Source of the DNA: Saccostrea echinata
Taxonomy: Eukaryota
Direction of reading: 5' to 3'
Length of the DNA stretch: 64,000 nt
Assembly: GCF_033153115.1 (NCBI RefSeq)
Contig: NW_026889764.1
Span: 10,602,001 to 10,666,000, forward strand
The notes beneath the pieces were generated by a model. It made no database searches and had not been told where the DNA came from. It saw only the letters and a program-made list of their open reading frames with translations. The first letter of the stretch is position 1. Each line of letters opens with the position of its first letter. The translations under genes were made by a program, and so were the position numbers. Below are positions 53,928-64,000 of this stretch, one piece after another.

Positions 53928-54584
53928 TTAGAAGTATTCGATTGGATCGTACTGTGCCACAAATATGACATCTTCCACTTTACTTCGATTGTTTAAACCA
54001 GTGTATATTTTCACATGTAAGTATCGGGGCTGAATACCTTGCATTTTTACCTGAAAAATACAATAAATTGACTAATGATGTGTTAAAAGACCTTTTTACA
54101 AGGAATCGTACAACTAATTTATTTTTTTTAAGTTTTGTTAATTTATTTCTGAGTTACACTGGGATACCTTTATGAAATAGTTGGTTCCTTTCACGACCTG
54201 CTTTTTAAACACCAGAGCCTTTAAAGGTCCAAAAGGTCCCTCCATGAAAGATGGTAATCTACGGATAATGGCGTCCCTGTTCTGTAATGAGTTATATTCT
54301 TACATCATTCTAATATCAATATAATTCAAAGATTTAACTTCTAGTTAAATTTATTTAATATTCATATTTAAGTAAACTATCAAATTACGAAATAAAAGGA
54401 AAATCAAGAAATACAAAAATTAAAAAAAAGGTGGACTCCATTACGTTATCTTTCATACCTCTTCCACCAGGGCCTGTTCTCCGGGTCCTGCGAACTCCTG
54501 TGGGCCAAGACCCCCAGGAGTGCAATATGTCTCAGTGATGATCGCCAAGAGGAGACCAAAAGCAAATACAGAAATTCCGTTCAT
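53928..54584 (-). CDS. Predicted secreted stefin-like cystatin H, 120 aa
   Basis: Exons 54584-54459, 54281-54168, 54050-53928. MNGISVFAFGLLLAIITETYCTPGGLGPQEFAGPGEQALVEE/NRDAIIRRLPSFMEGPFGPLKALVFKKQVVKGTNYFIK/VKMQGIQPRYLHVKIYTGLNNRSKVEDVIFVAQYDPIEYF. Confidence 0.92.
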
Positions 54585-55112
54585 AATGCTGATTCGGTTT
54601 TCGGTAGTGAAGTTTTGTTGTGTTCCCCATGACTTTTATATCATATAGCGCATTGCCCAATATGTCACTGGTAAACCCCACTGTCACGACCACGTCAGAT
54701 GATTATGATGCAATCATCGCACGCAATATGTTGTGGCTGTTAATTATTTTATCAATTAAACAGCTGTATATATAAAATGATTAGAATTTTTCAGAAAAAA
54801 CATATATTTTGTATGTCTATTAAAATGCATTCAAAGAAGCAAATTTTGAAAGTAAACACTACATTTTTAAAATGATGTGTAAGGCCCTGTTTGTGGAGGA
54901 ACCTAATTACTGCATTCTGTTAATCAAGGAAACATTTATGGTAGTATATTTTTAATGATGAAGTTAGTAAAAGTTAGGTAACTTTTATGTGTACAATTAA
55001 TGACTTTTGTTATGGGATTAAGGAAATTAGTCCTTGTAGAAAAAAATATAACTTTTTTCCCTAGAAAAGAGTATTATTTTATTTTATTTAATAAATCTTA
55101 ATCTATGACAGT

Positions 55113-55208
55113 CAATCTCATTAAAATCAGATATCTTAGATTCGCGCCATTTAAACTCTTCTTAAGCAGAGTGTAAACGGCGCGGATCTAAGAAGTCTAA
55201 TTAGATTG
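55113..55208. mobile_element. ~96-bp hairpin MITE (Mutator-like TSD)
   Basis: Palindromic CAATCT..AGATTG; flanked by (c/t)tatgacagt on both sides. Confidence 0.6.
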
Positions 55209-55242
55209 TTATGACAGTGTACGTATAAAATATGATTGTATG

Positions 55243-55245
<3 letters not shown>

Positions 55246-55305
<60 letters not shown>
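55246..55305. repeat. (TA)n microsatellite
   Basis: Direct reading. Confidence 0.95.
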
Positions 55306-55308
<3 letters not shown>

Positions 55309-56897
55309 CAGTAATACTCAGTTTCGATTTTTTTTATATATATTACAATTTAAACATCTGAATAGTATAATTACGTCATAAACGTATCGATTTACAATTA
55401 TTTGAATTTATAATCTTGAGTTATCTTCTATGACATTGGTTTATTCATCGTAAATATTAACTTTCGGCAGAGACTGAATGGATCTAGAAGTTACACATGT
55501 ACAATGATACTGTTTAATCAACAAAAAACCTACAATCTTCTTCGTCCCTGAAGTGTAGATAAAAATAACACTAGTGGTTAACCTTCATGATGGCCGGGCA
55601 TTTGTCATGTTTATAATGTCAATGACGCCGCTATCAAAATACAAAGACATAAATTAATGTAATGGTACATCTGATATACATTTTCATATTTTTAGTTACA
55701 AAAAACAAATAAATGAGGCACCCCTACCCCTTGTTCCTCTCGCTGTGTTGCCCTGTCTTTGTGCTGAAGTGATCTTACCTGAACTTTGGGATCGAAATCG
55801 AATATTTTACAGTTATTCGCATATCAGTACCTCAAAACGTACTTTAAAATTCTTTTCAAAACATGAATTACGAGTATTTAAGTTTGAAATAAATAATAGA
55901 TGTTTCAAAGAGCAAGTAACAAGTTTTGCTCCTCTCTAAATAGTTGTTCCATTTTTTAGATTACCTGTAAGATGGTTATTTCTGATTGCCTAGGTACATA
56001 CATGTATTTAATGCATAAACATATAAGTCTATCTTTTATTGCAAATTATTGACTCCCCCACTTTCACTAGACACAGCATTTGTCGGACTTTCGTTCATTA
56101 GTTAATTTCTTTTATTATTTGTTAGATGTTGGTTAGAAGGTAAAAATAAACATGCGAATATCGTATATTGTTGCTATATTTTTTCTAGATTTTTCAATAT
56201 GGCAATTATCAATAAATAACTTGCAATTGGTTCAAATTGGTTCAAAATTGGCTGATTATGAAGACTTTGTCAAATAAAAATCAAGCTTATTCCTAATATT
56301 CAACTTGATTGACAATTCTGAAATCAAATAATAAATTATATTTGTGATATTTTTTTGAAATTCTTATTTTTATGGCATTATTTATAGATCATTTTCAAAA
56401 TCAAAAGTTTGAACAGAATAAGATATACAGTGCAAAAGTTAACTTAAGAAAAAAATTATAGTTTTCTCAGACTAACACGTGCACACAGAAGGACATGCAG
56501 ACACCAAACTTTTGATCAATTTTTGTTTTGTTTGTTTTTTGAACATATCTTATTGACAATATCTCAACGAAATTGGACACAAGTTCCGAAAACTTCGGTC
56601 GCCCTCTCCTCAAGTTCAACATACAATACAAAAACATTATGACGTGGACCTTAAGTTTTCTGGGGCATAGAGTAAATTGTTTATTAACGACCTGTTTATT
56701 GAAGGCTAGAGGCAAAGTATTTAATTGCCAATTTTAGGAATATGCAGTTCTATATTTAATTAATTTCAGAAACATGCTGCTCTAATAATTTATATGAACA
56801 GCTGGGGCGTTCTAAACAATCTGCCCACTGTTTCACATGTATATATAAACAATCAGTGACACTGTTTGTATTACAGATATTCTTCTTCTAAATCATA

Positions 56898-57441
56898 ATG
56901 AAGGCTTTTGTTGCAGTTATTCTCAGTTTATCGGCTTCTGCCGTATTCTTTGTGAATGCTACTGATAAACCTGTCGTTGGAGGACTTGGTAAAGCTAAAC
57001 TTGCCACAAAAGAAATCCAGGAACTTGTTGACTCTGTAAGTAAGGAAAAATAGACGCTTAGCTTTCAATATTTCAAAGTTATCATTTCTTAGGAAAACAA
57101 ACTTGACACCACATGCATTCTCTAAAACAATAGATTCTATTTTATAGAACTTTTTAAGGAAAGAAAGAAAAAACAGTTCGTAACTTGTTTTGATTTTTAC
57201 TGTAACAAATACCAGTTTTCGTATAAATACTATTTACTGTATTTTCACAATTAATGATACAGGTGCGCGATGATATAATCAGCAATCTTCCTATTGGATA
57301 CGACAGAGAGATGCCGCTGCCACTTAAAGCACGCTTCTACAGGGAACAAGTGGTCGCTGGCACGAACTATTTTATCAAGGTACAAAGATTAACAAAATCT
57401 TCATCTTTTACAAAACAATTATGTCAAAAATGCATGACTTA

Positions 57442-57479
<38 letters not shown>

Positions 57480-57757
57480 TAAATTGCCCTCTTTGTAATT
57501 AATTTTGCCAACTAGAAGTTTTTGTCATTTCAATTTATTCATACTCTTTGTAAACGTTTGTCAAGCATCATTTATTATTTGAAGCATTTTTTAAAAATTA
57601 TATTATTTCAATATTTTTATTTTCTTATCAATTTCAGATTCAAACAGGCCCACTGAGGTTTATCCACGTTAGAATATTTAAAGATCTCCAGGGTGTCGCT
57701 TCTGTTTCCGGTGTCCAGATCAACAAGCTCCTCAGAGACCCACTTGAATATTTCTAA
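56898..57757 (+). CDS. Predicted secreted stefin-like cystatin I, 124 aa
   Basis: Exons 56898-57035, 57263-57379, 57638-57757. MKAFVAVILSLSASAVFFVNATDKPVVGGLGKAKLATKEIQELVDS/VRDDIISNLPIGYDREMPLPLKARFYREQVVAGTNYFIK/IQTGPLRFIHVRIFKDLQGVASVSGVQINKLLRDPLEYF; (CT)n in intron 2. Confidence 0.93.
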
Positions 57758-58624
57758 AGCAACTTTAAATGCTTTATCAAATGTTCATAGACATCTTGAT
57801 ACAGTGTTATTATTTCAAAGTCTTTTGATTTTTATCTATTGTCCATTGACTTTTATAATAATTTTTGGAACACTGAATTTAAATTTTTTTGTCAGTAATT
57901 ATTGTTATTCATTTCTGAGAGTTTCTCATAAACAGAGTATGAACAGAGATGAGAAGGTATTTCTTTTAAAAGTATTAGTCATACGAAAATATATTGTTGA
58001 TACTTTTAAATTATTTGAGAACATCGGTAGAGTACAATAAAACAAAAGAATCAGGGGTTTTTTTCTCTCCTTTTCTTAGGCGTATAAATCTGTGACGGTA
58101 AAGATCGGGCTTAAAATTAATGTTAAACAAGAATCTTCTTAGCACTGCACTGTTAAATATACTTTTATTTTAATATTATAGTAACCTAGCATTAAATATT
58201 GATAGGTTAATAATCGCTCGAGTGAGTAAATAAAAATCAAATGTGAAAATGCCAGTCAAATTGCTCACTCTTTTTATATTAATCGTAACGAAGGCATCAC
58301 GAGGGTGGCTTCGGCTGATCAGTGAAGAAACCATTTAGATAAACATGAGATACTCGGAGCTCTTCGCACAGCTCACATCTCACACACGTACATATGGAAG
58401 GCCAAAATGAATTGAAGATAGGTGCAATTGAATTAAAGATAGGTCTAAATGAATTAAAGATAGGTGTAAATAATTATACTTATCTCTAAATAATTTGATT
58501 TGAAGATGGGTACAATTGAAACATCCATAAAGGATTTGAAGATAGGTACAATTCAATTATACCTAGGTTCAATTCGTTTTGTGTTATTGAAAATAATGAA
58601 AGCTCCCTCTAACAGCGTCTTGAT

Positions 58625-58847
58625 CATGGCGTATAAACCTAGGTCCCGTGTTGCAGTAAGTGCTGGCACGAAGAAGATCCCTCACTTCTCAATTGCCCTA
58701 AGTGCCGAATGAGGTCTAAACATCCTCACAACGTCAAGGGTCCTGAGTCAACACGTTGCCGTTGGACCCCTGACGTTTTGAGGATGAGGTCTAAAATTTG
58801 CATCCCTCTACCTGCAAGTGGTGGTGTCTCAATATGATCGAAAAAAT

Positions 58848-58884
<37 letters not shown>
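58625..58884 (+). mobile_element. SINE 3' portion with a 66-bp MITE inserted (58721-58786)
   Basis: SINE body as at 26420-26560; MITE arms CATCCTCA.AACGTCA.GGGTCC / GGACCC.TGACGTT.TGAGGATG; 9-bp TSD AGGTCTAAA. Confidence 0.8.
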
Positions 58885-58885
<1 letters not shown>

Positions 58886-61361
58886 ACTATTGCCAGTAAC
58901 TGTTTGTCCGTACTATGTTTTGTTCATTTAGGGGACTGGATGCCAAATAATCTCTAAATAATTTAGAGCAAATTCGTTCATTGGTCTTTCGAGTATGTCT
59001 ATCTCGTGCATTTCTTTATTCGTTTAAAACTGGTTGTACAGTATATTCTGTGCGAGGTCACAAGTTTGACATCTGAATATATGTATTACACAAAAGGAAA
59101 ATTTCTTATTCTTTCACAACAATTTTGTCACGGCAATTTGTGCTGGCATCAATTCTTTAAACGAGAATAAAAGGGCATTTAAGGAAGCTCTAAACACTAA
59201 TGAAAAAATGTTGGGGTTTTTTTACATTGAGACAATTTTATTGTTTAAAGATGTATATTTTGAGCCTATCTAGTTCGTTTGCAACATAGGGTACCTGCCA
59301 TATTAGTCCAGGAAAAATGTAAAAAGAGAATGAAGTATAAGTAAACAAAAATCAATGTTGTTTATTTACAGTGCATGCAAAAAAGTTTTCAATTACTTTA
59401 TTTTCATCTAATATAATGTTAGGAATACTTTAGTCTGTTTCGAATTCTGTTATTTACAGTATATTTCAGTTAATTCCTTTTTACCTCAAAGGGCAGATCA
59501 CTCCAACTGCATAAAACAACCATAGAGTAAGCACTTTTTAGTGAGCAGTGTTCAGAGCTTCCTTAAAGAGATCATTATTTAAATTATGGATATGTTGAAT
59601 TGAAGAAATCGCTAATTTCAAAATAGTTGTTCTCTCTCTAAAAGAGATATTTCGAGCATTAATTGAATTGATGATATAATAAATTGAATTGATGATATCA
59701 TTAATTAAATTAGTGAAAGCAATGATTTAATAATTGCGCGCATCAATGAATTGATTGGAGCAATAATTGTATTAATGCGCTAATCATATGATTCTCTCTT
59801 TAATTCAATTGATTCGCGCCTATCAATTAATTTTTTGCTCTCATTGATCTTTTATGTTAAAATCGAGAGCAACATAGCAGTCCCATTTGTTTCCAAAAAA
59901 AATATGATAGAGAACATGTTAAGGTGTAAAACACTTGTTATTCATCTCAATGATAAAAAATTTTAAACCATTATAATTTAATTCTGGTTATAATGCGGTA
60001 TTTGATTGGATGAAAAAAATACTTAATATCGTATAAAGAGGGTTGCCTACGTCACAATGACATGCGTCAAAAACGTATCGATCCGCTTGACGTTACATTT
60101 TAATTTTGTACAATTTGAAGTCACTTTTTAAGGACAGTCATCTTTTTCCTTACACTAAATGAACGAAAATCAAATTATAAGCAATGAAATTAATACTTAC
60201 AGCTACCCAATTTATACGGTATAATGGGGTTGGAACAGATTACGCTTTAATTTTTTAAACTGCATTGCGGTTTATAAAGCGTAAACTGCCCCAATCCACT
60301 TTACACCGTATAAATTGGGTAGCTATTAAATTCATTCTTTAAATAAAAAAAAATATAAACTATAAATGCAAGTAGTAAAATTATTGCGCAACAGTGGTCT
60401 CCCAGTCACAATATTGTTGCAATATACAACTACAGATTTGACAATGCGATGGAATACAGCATCAATCTTCGTTTGAAACAAAAGTGGCGCATATTTTTTT
60501 TTTAAAATTGACAGATTCAAAAGATTGTTCATTGAAAGTTTGATGGAAGGAGGGGAAGTGGATGTTGCTCTTTCGTCAGAAAAATTCCCGTGGCAGCACT
60601 CCGAGTAAATACAAATTTTAAAATAAATTGCTGTTAAAAAAGCCATTTTTTCAATTCAGCAAATTAATTGTTCACATGTACCATATATTTAAGATGGTTT
60701 TGAGTGAATAAATGAACTTGAACAATAATTCAGAATTACAGATATCATTCATTACATGAAGAGATATTCAATTGAATTTTTGAGCGCATCCAATTGATTG
60801 ATTATAGTTGTATCTTCAAATTATTCAAGATATCGTCAATAATCTGAGTTTATATTAAATTGCTGCTCCATATGTAAATTAGCATTTTTCTTCTGTAATG
60901 TCCAATGGAAATTTCTACCCATATACATGTATGTTACAGTAGTACAATTATTTAAATTTTATTACAATTAGAACATTGCTGCAGGTATTTTACTCAAAAT
61001 ACCTTTTATCTATAATTTCCATTTACCATATGGATATTTTTATTTCAATGCTATTTATTTAAGCTACACGTCTGTACTTTGGCAATGGTTCTAATATCCC
61101 ATAATGACCTGTTCATTCTGTGACATTATAAAGTCCAGCAGTTCCAGCTGACATGTGCCATACATTGGAAACTAGTGTAATTGTCACTGTGACTAATTGG
61201 TGTCAGACAGAAGGACAGATACACTCTTGTGTAGCAGGTGTAATGGTAATTATCAAACATACACCTTATATTCATATGTGTAATGAATTTGATAAATTAC
61301 ATCATTTGATTGTATAAATAGTCAAAATGTCCTGTTCATTCTTCACAAATCCGCTATCATC

Positions 61362-62294
61362 ATGAATTCAGCTTTGGTTCTTTTCTTTGCTGTAATTTCT
61401 GTTTTTGTGTCTGTCCATGGAGATGAGGATCCCGTTCTTGGAGGGCTAGGACCCACTAAATTTGCCACCGATGAAGTACAGGATCTCATAGATTTGGTAA
61501 ATATTTTCATGTATCCATCGCTCGATTAATGAAAAAAATCTAGCTTAAGAATGTAATTAAAAAAATATATAAAATGTTATATATAATGTCCATCATCATT
61601 CTCTTTACTCACATAAAATTTTGCCTTGGTGATAATGATTTTTCAAACAAAATCTAAACTGTAATTCAATTGCAGACAATTATATTATACCTTATGGGCA
61701 AAATTTTTGTTTTCTACCAAGTTTTTAAGGGTACAGTAATAATAATTTATCTCAGTCAGAGTTATCTCTCTTATCAGAGGGTCAATGAACCTTAAGTATG
61801 AATTTACTTTCTTATTTTCACTTTCAGTTACGAGATGACATTATAAGCCAGCTTCCTATTGGATACGATCGCGAGGAACCACTTCCTGAGTTTACAGCCC
61901 GTCTGTACAGAGAACAGATTGTAGCTGGAACAAACTTCTTTGTCAAAGTATGTGTATATGACCTGATTTCAACCTTTTTAGACTAGGATATATATCAATA
62001 AAACGAATTTCGTTTTCAATAAGTATGAAATACAAAATACCAAAATACAAGTACATATTTAATGGTTGAAAAGTCATCTGCTCATTTGTATGTTATATAT
62101 CAATAATGAATTGATTACTACTAATGAGAAACGCCAATGACAATATATAACAAATGACAATTCTTTATTTGCAGGTTGAGACTGGGCCACTCCGATTTAT
62201 TCACGTCAGGATATACGTTGATCTATCTGGGGATGCCTCAGTTGATGGAGTCCAGGTTGGAAAAACCATGGGAGACCCCCTGGAGTATTTTTAG
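61362..62294 (+). CDS. Predicted secreted stefin-like cystatin J, 124 aa, strongly acidic
   Basis: Exons 61362-61496, 61828-61947, 62175-62294. MNSALVLFFAVISVFVSVHGDEDPVLGGLGPTKFATDEVQDLIDL/LRDDIISQLPIGYDREEPLPEFTARLYREQIVAGTNFFVK/VETGPLRFIHVRIYVDLSGDASVDGVQVGKTMGDPLEYF; TATAAATA at ~61313. Confidence 0.93.
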
Positions 62295-63440
62295 AATAGG
62301 ATGTGTATATTTAATATACAATGTATACAATATTTTTACAGAATTCCATTAAATAACATGTGACTTTTAAAAATGTTTATATTGTTATGTCTAAAGTAAA
62401 AAAAAAAGTGAAACTGATTTTAATACAAGAATTTTACAGAATTCCATTAAATAACATGTGACTTTTTAAAAATGTTTAGACTTTTATGTCTTTGCAACAT
62501 AAAAAAAGAGATGAAACTGATTTTAATACTTATTTTTTTACAATATATATTATTAATATCAATTTTTTCTCGCCACATTTAAACTTCTATATTGTTAATT
62601 AATAAATACTTTGCTTAACTGCTCAACAACGTTTCCAGACGATTGAGCATCAATCCCCTCAAGGCATATTTATCTGTTGTAACAACATTCATAAAATCAT
62701 TTATCTCCATGCCCATCTATTGAAACCTACATCAATATATTTTACATCTGTCAGTTTTTCACTCTGCTTATTTGCTGTCCCTCTATGTTTCATTTTTTTT
62801 TAAATAAATAATAACTAATTACTAATAAAAAAAAATAATAATAATTGGCTTCCTGTCTTAGCAATCGTAAACCAACTGCTATAGGACAGACTCTACAATA
62901 GAACTCGTCCCTCCGAGTCTATTAGCCGCCAATCTTTTGATTAATTAGGAAACAGCATTCATTGTTTTACTTGGACATGTATATACTACTGGAAAGACCC
63001 TAGGAAAAGTAGTTCTAGCTACTATCTATGGACTACAGCTAATTCCTCTAATTGAGGAACCCGTAGTGCCGCTTACTCAACTTACTCTCGTATTTAATTA
63101 TAGAGCCCTTAATGCCGTATATCCAATCAATAGCCTGTTCCACAGAGCAATGAGAGGACGACGAATAGTAAAACATTTATCTGTATTAATTATATCACCT
63201 TTTCATTTCTCGATTTTTTTAAGAAAAGTTTCCACGTACTTCCATAATCACACAATGCAGAGACTGATATAAAAAATTCCATCGCTAGACCAATCGTAAT
63301 ATATGCTGGTTGATAAGGGGAGCCATAAATTTCGGACAAGTGTCTTGCAGTCATTTGATAAGTGAAATTTATAATTTCGTAATCTGTAATTATGTACCAT
63401 CTGCTGCTATCTGTGTCATAGTCGGGCTTAGTGTCACATT

Positions 63441-63712
63441 ATGCTTATCATCATGAAGGATAACACGTTTCTGATTCCAACACTCTTGCTCTGTTTGTCT
63501 GTCTGTAGTTTTTACGTGGTACATGGAGCTTGGTTAGGACAGACGAAACCCGCCACTTTCCCGGTGAAAAAGATGGTTGAAGTGGTAAGAATTTTTGCGT
63601 TTCTGTTTTTCGAGCAGGAAAAATTATAAGCCATGACAAATGCCTTTATCATACATGCATGTACTATATTCATCATCAGTATATATTAGCAATTTGCAGG
63701 TACGTAGTATCA
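63441..63712 (+). CDS. Stefin-like cystatin K, partial (exon 1 and start of a probably interrupted exon 2)
   Basis: Exon 1 63441 (or 63453)-63584, (MLII)MKDNTFLIPTLLLCLSVCSFYVVHGAWLGQTKPATFPVKKMVEV|gtaaga; acceptor tttgcag then VRSI at 63700, then repeat sequence. Confidence 0.65.
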
Positions 63713-64000
63713 AGGGTGGGGGTCGGCCGGTGTAACGACGAAAAATGACCCCCGTAGAATATTGACCGGGGGATCAAATTTCTTCGTAGAAAAATGACCC
63801 CCCCGGTCAATTTTCTACGGCAAGTAGGGTCATTTTTCGACCGTAGAAAACCCTTCCAGGCCGGTAATTCTACGACTCCACACACGTTGAAAAATGACCC
63901 CCATAGAAATCTGACCCCCTACTTTTTCACTATATTTTATAATTAAACCTTTAGAAATGAGGTGTGAAATGCGTTAATCCGATGTTGGGGAGGGTCGGTG
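63713..64000. mobile_element. End of a DNA-transposon-like repeat with subterminal gaaaaatgacccc units
   Basis: Multiple direct and inverted cgtagaaaaatgacccc / gggtcatttttc motifs; abrupt GC shift; runs toward the window end. Confidence 0.6.

Overview
AT-rich, intron-containing animal genomic DNA. The repeat families (Cg170-like satellite-bearing Helentron/HINE, tRNA-SINEs, Penelope-like RTs) suggest an oyster (Ostreidae); this is an inference. The main content is a tandem cluster of small three-exon cystatin genes that the ORF track largely misses because they are spliced. I reconstructed them by hand and labelled them A-K: 9 intact genes (B-J), one with a premature stop (A), one apparently hit by a repeat insertion at the window edge (K), plus an older relic (Z). 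All have type-1 (stefin) hallmarks: N-terminal GG, a QxVxG-TNYFIK loop, a C-terminal DPxxYF, no disulfide cysteines, and two phase-0 introns at the human CSTB positions. Unlike typical stefins, each begins with a signal-peptide-like leader. They fall into two subfamilies arranged as repeated head-to-head (-/+) pairs, with diversified inhibitory loops and net charges from about +11 to about -11. The cluster is split by a ~17 kb transposon block containing nested elements: an 8-bp-TSD hAT shell holding a DIRS/Ngaro-type retroelement and a 5-bp-TSD hAT transposon, and a Penelope copy holding a 6-bp-TSD element that holds another Penelope piece. SINEs, MITEs and satellites are scattered throughout. 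No rRNA, true tRNA or CRISPR was found.
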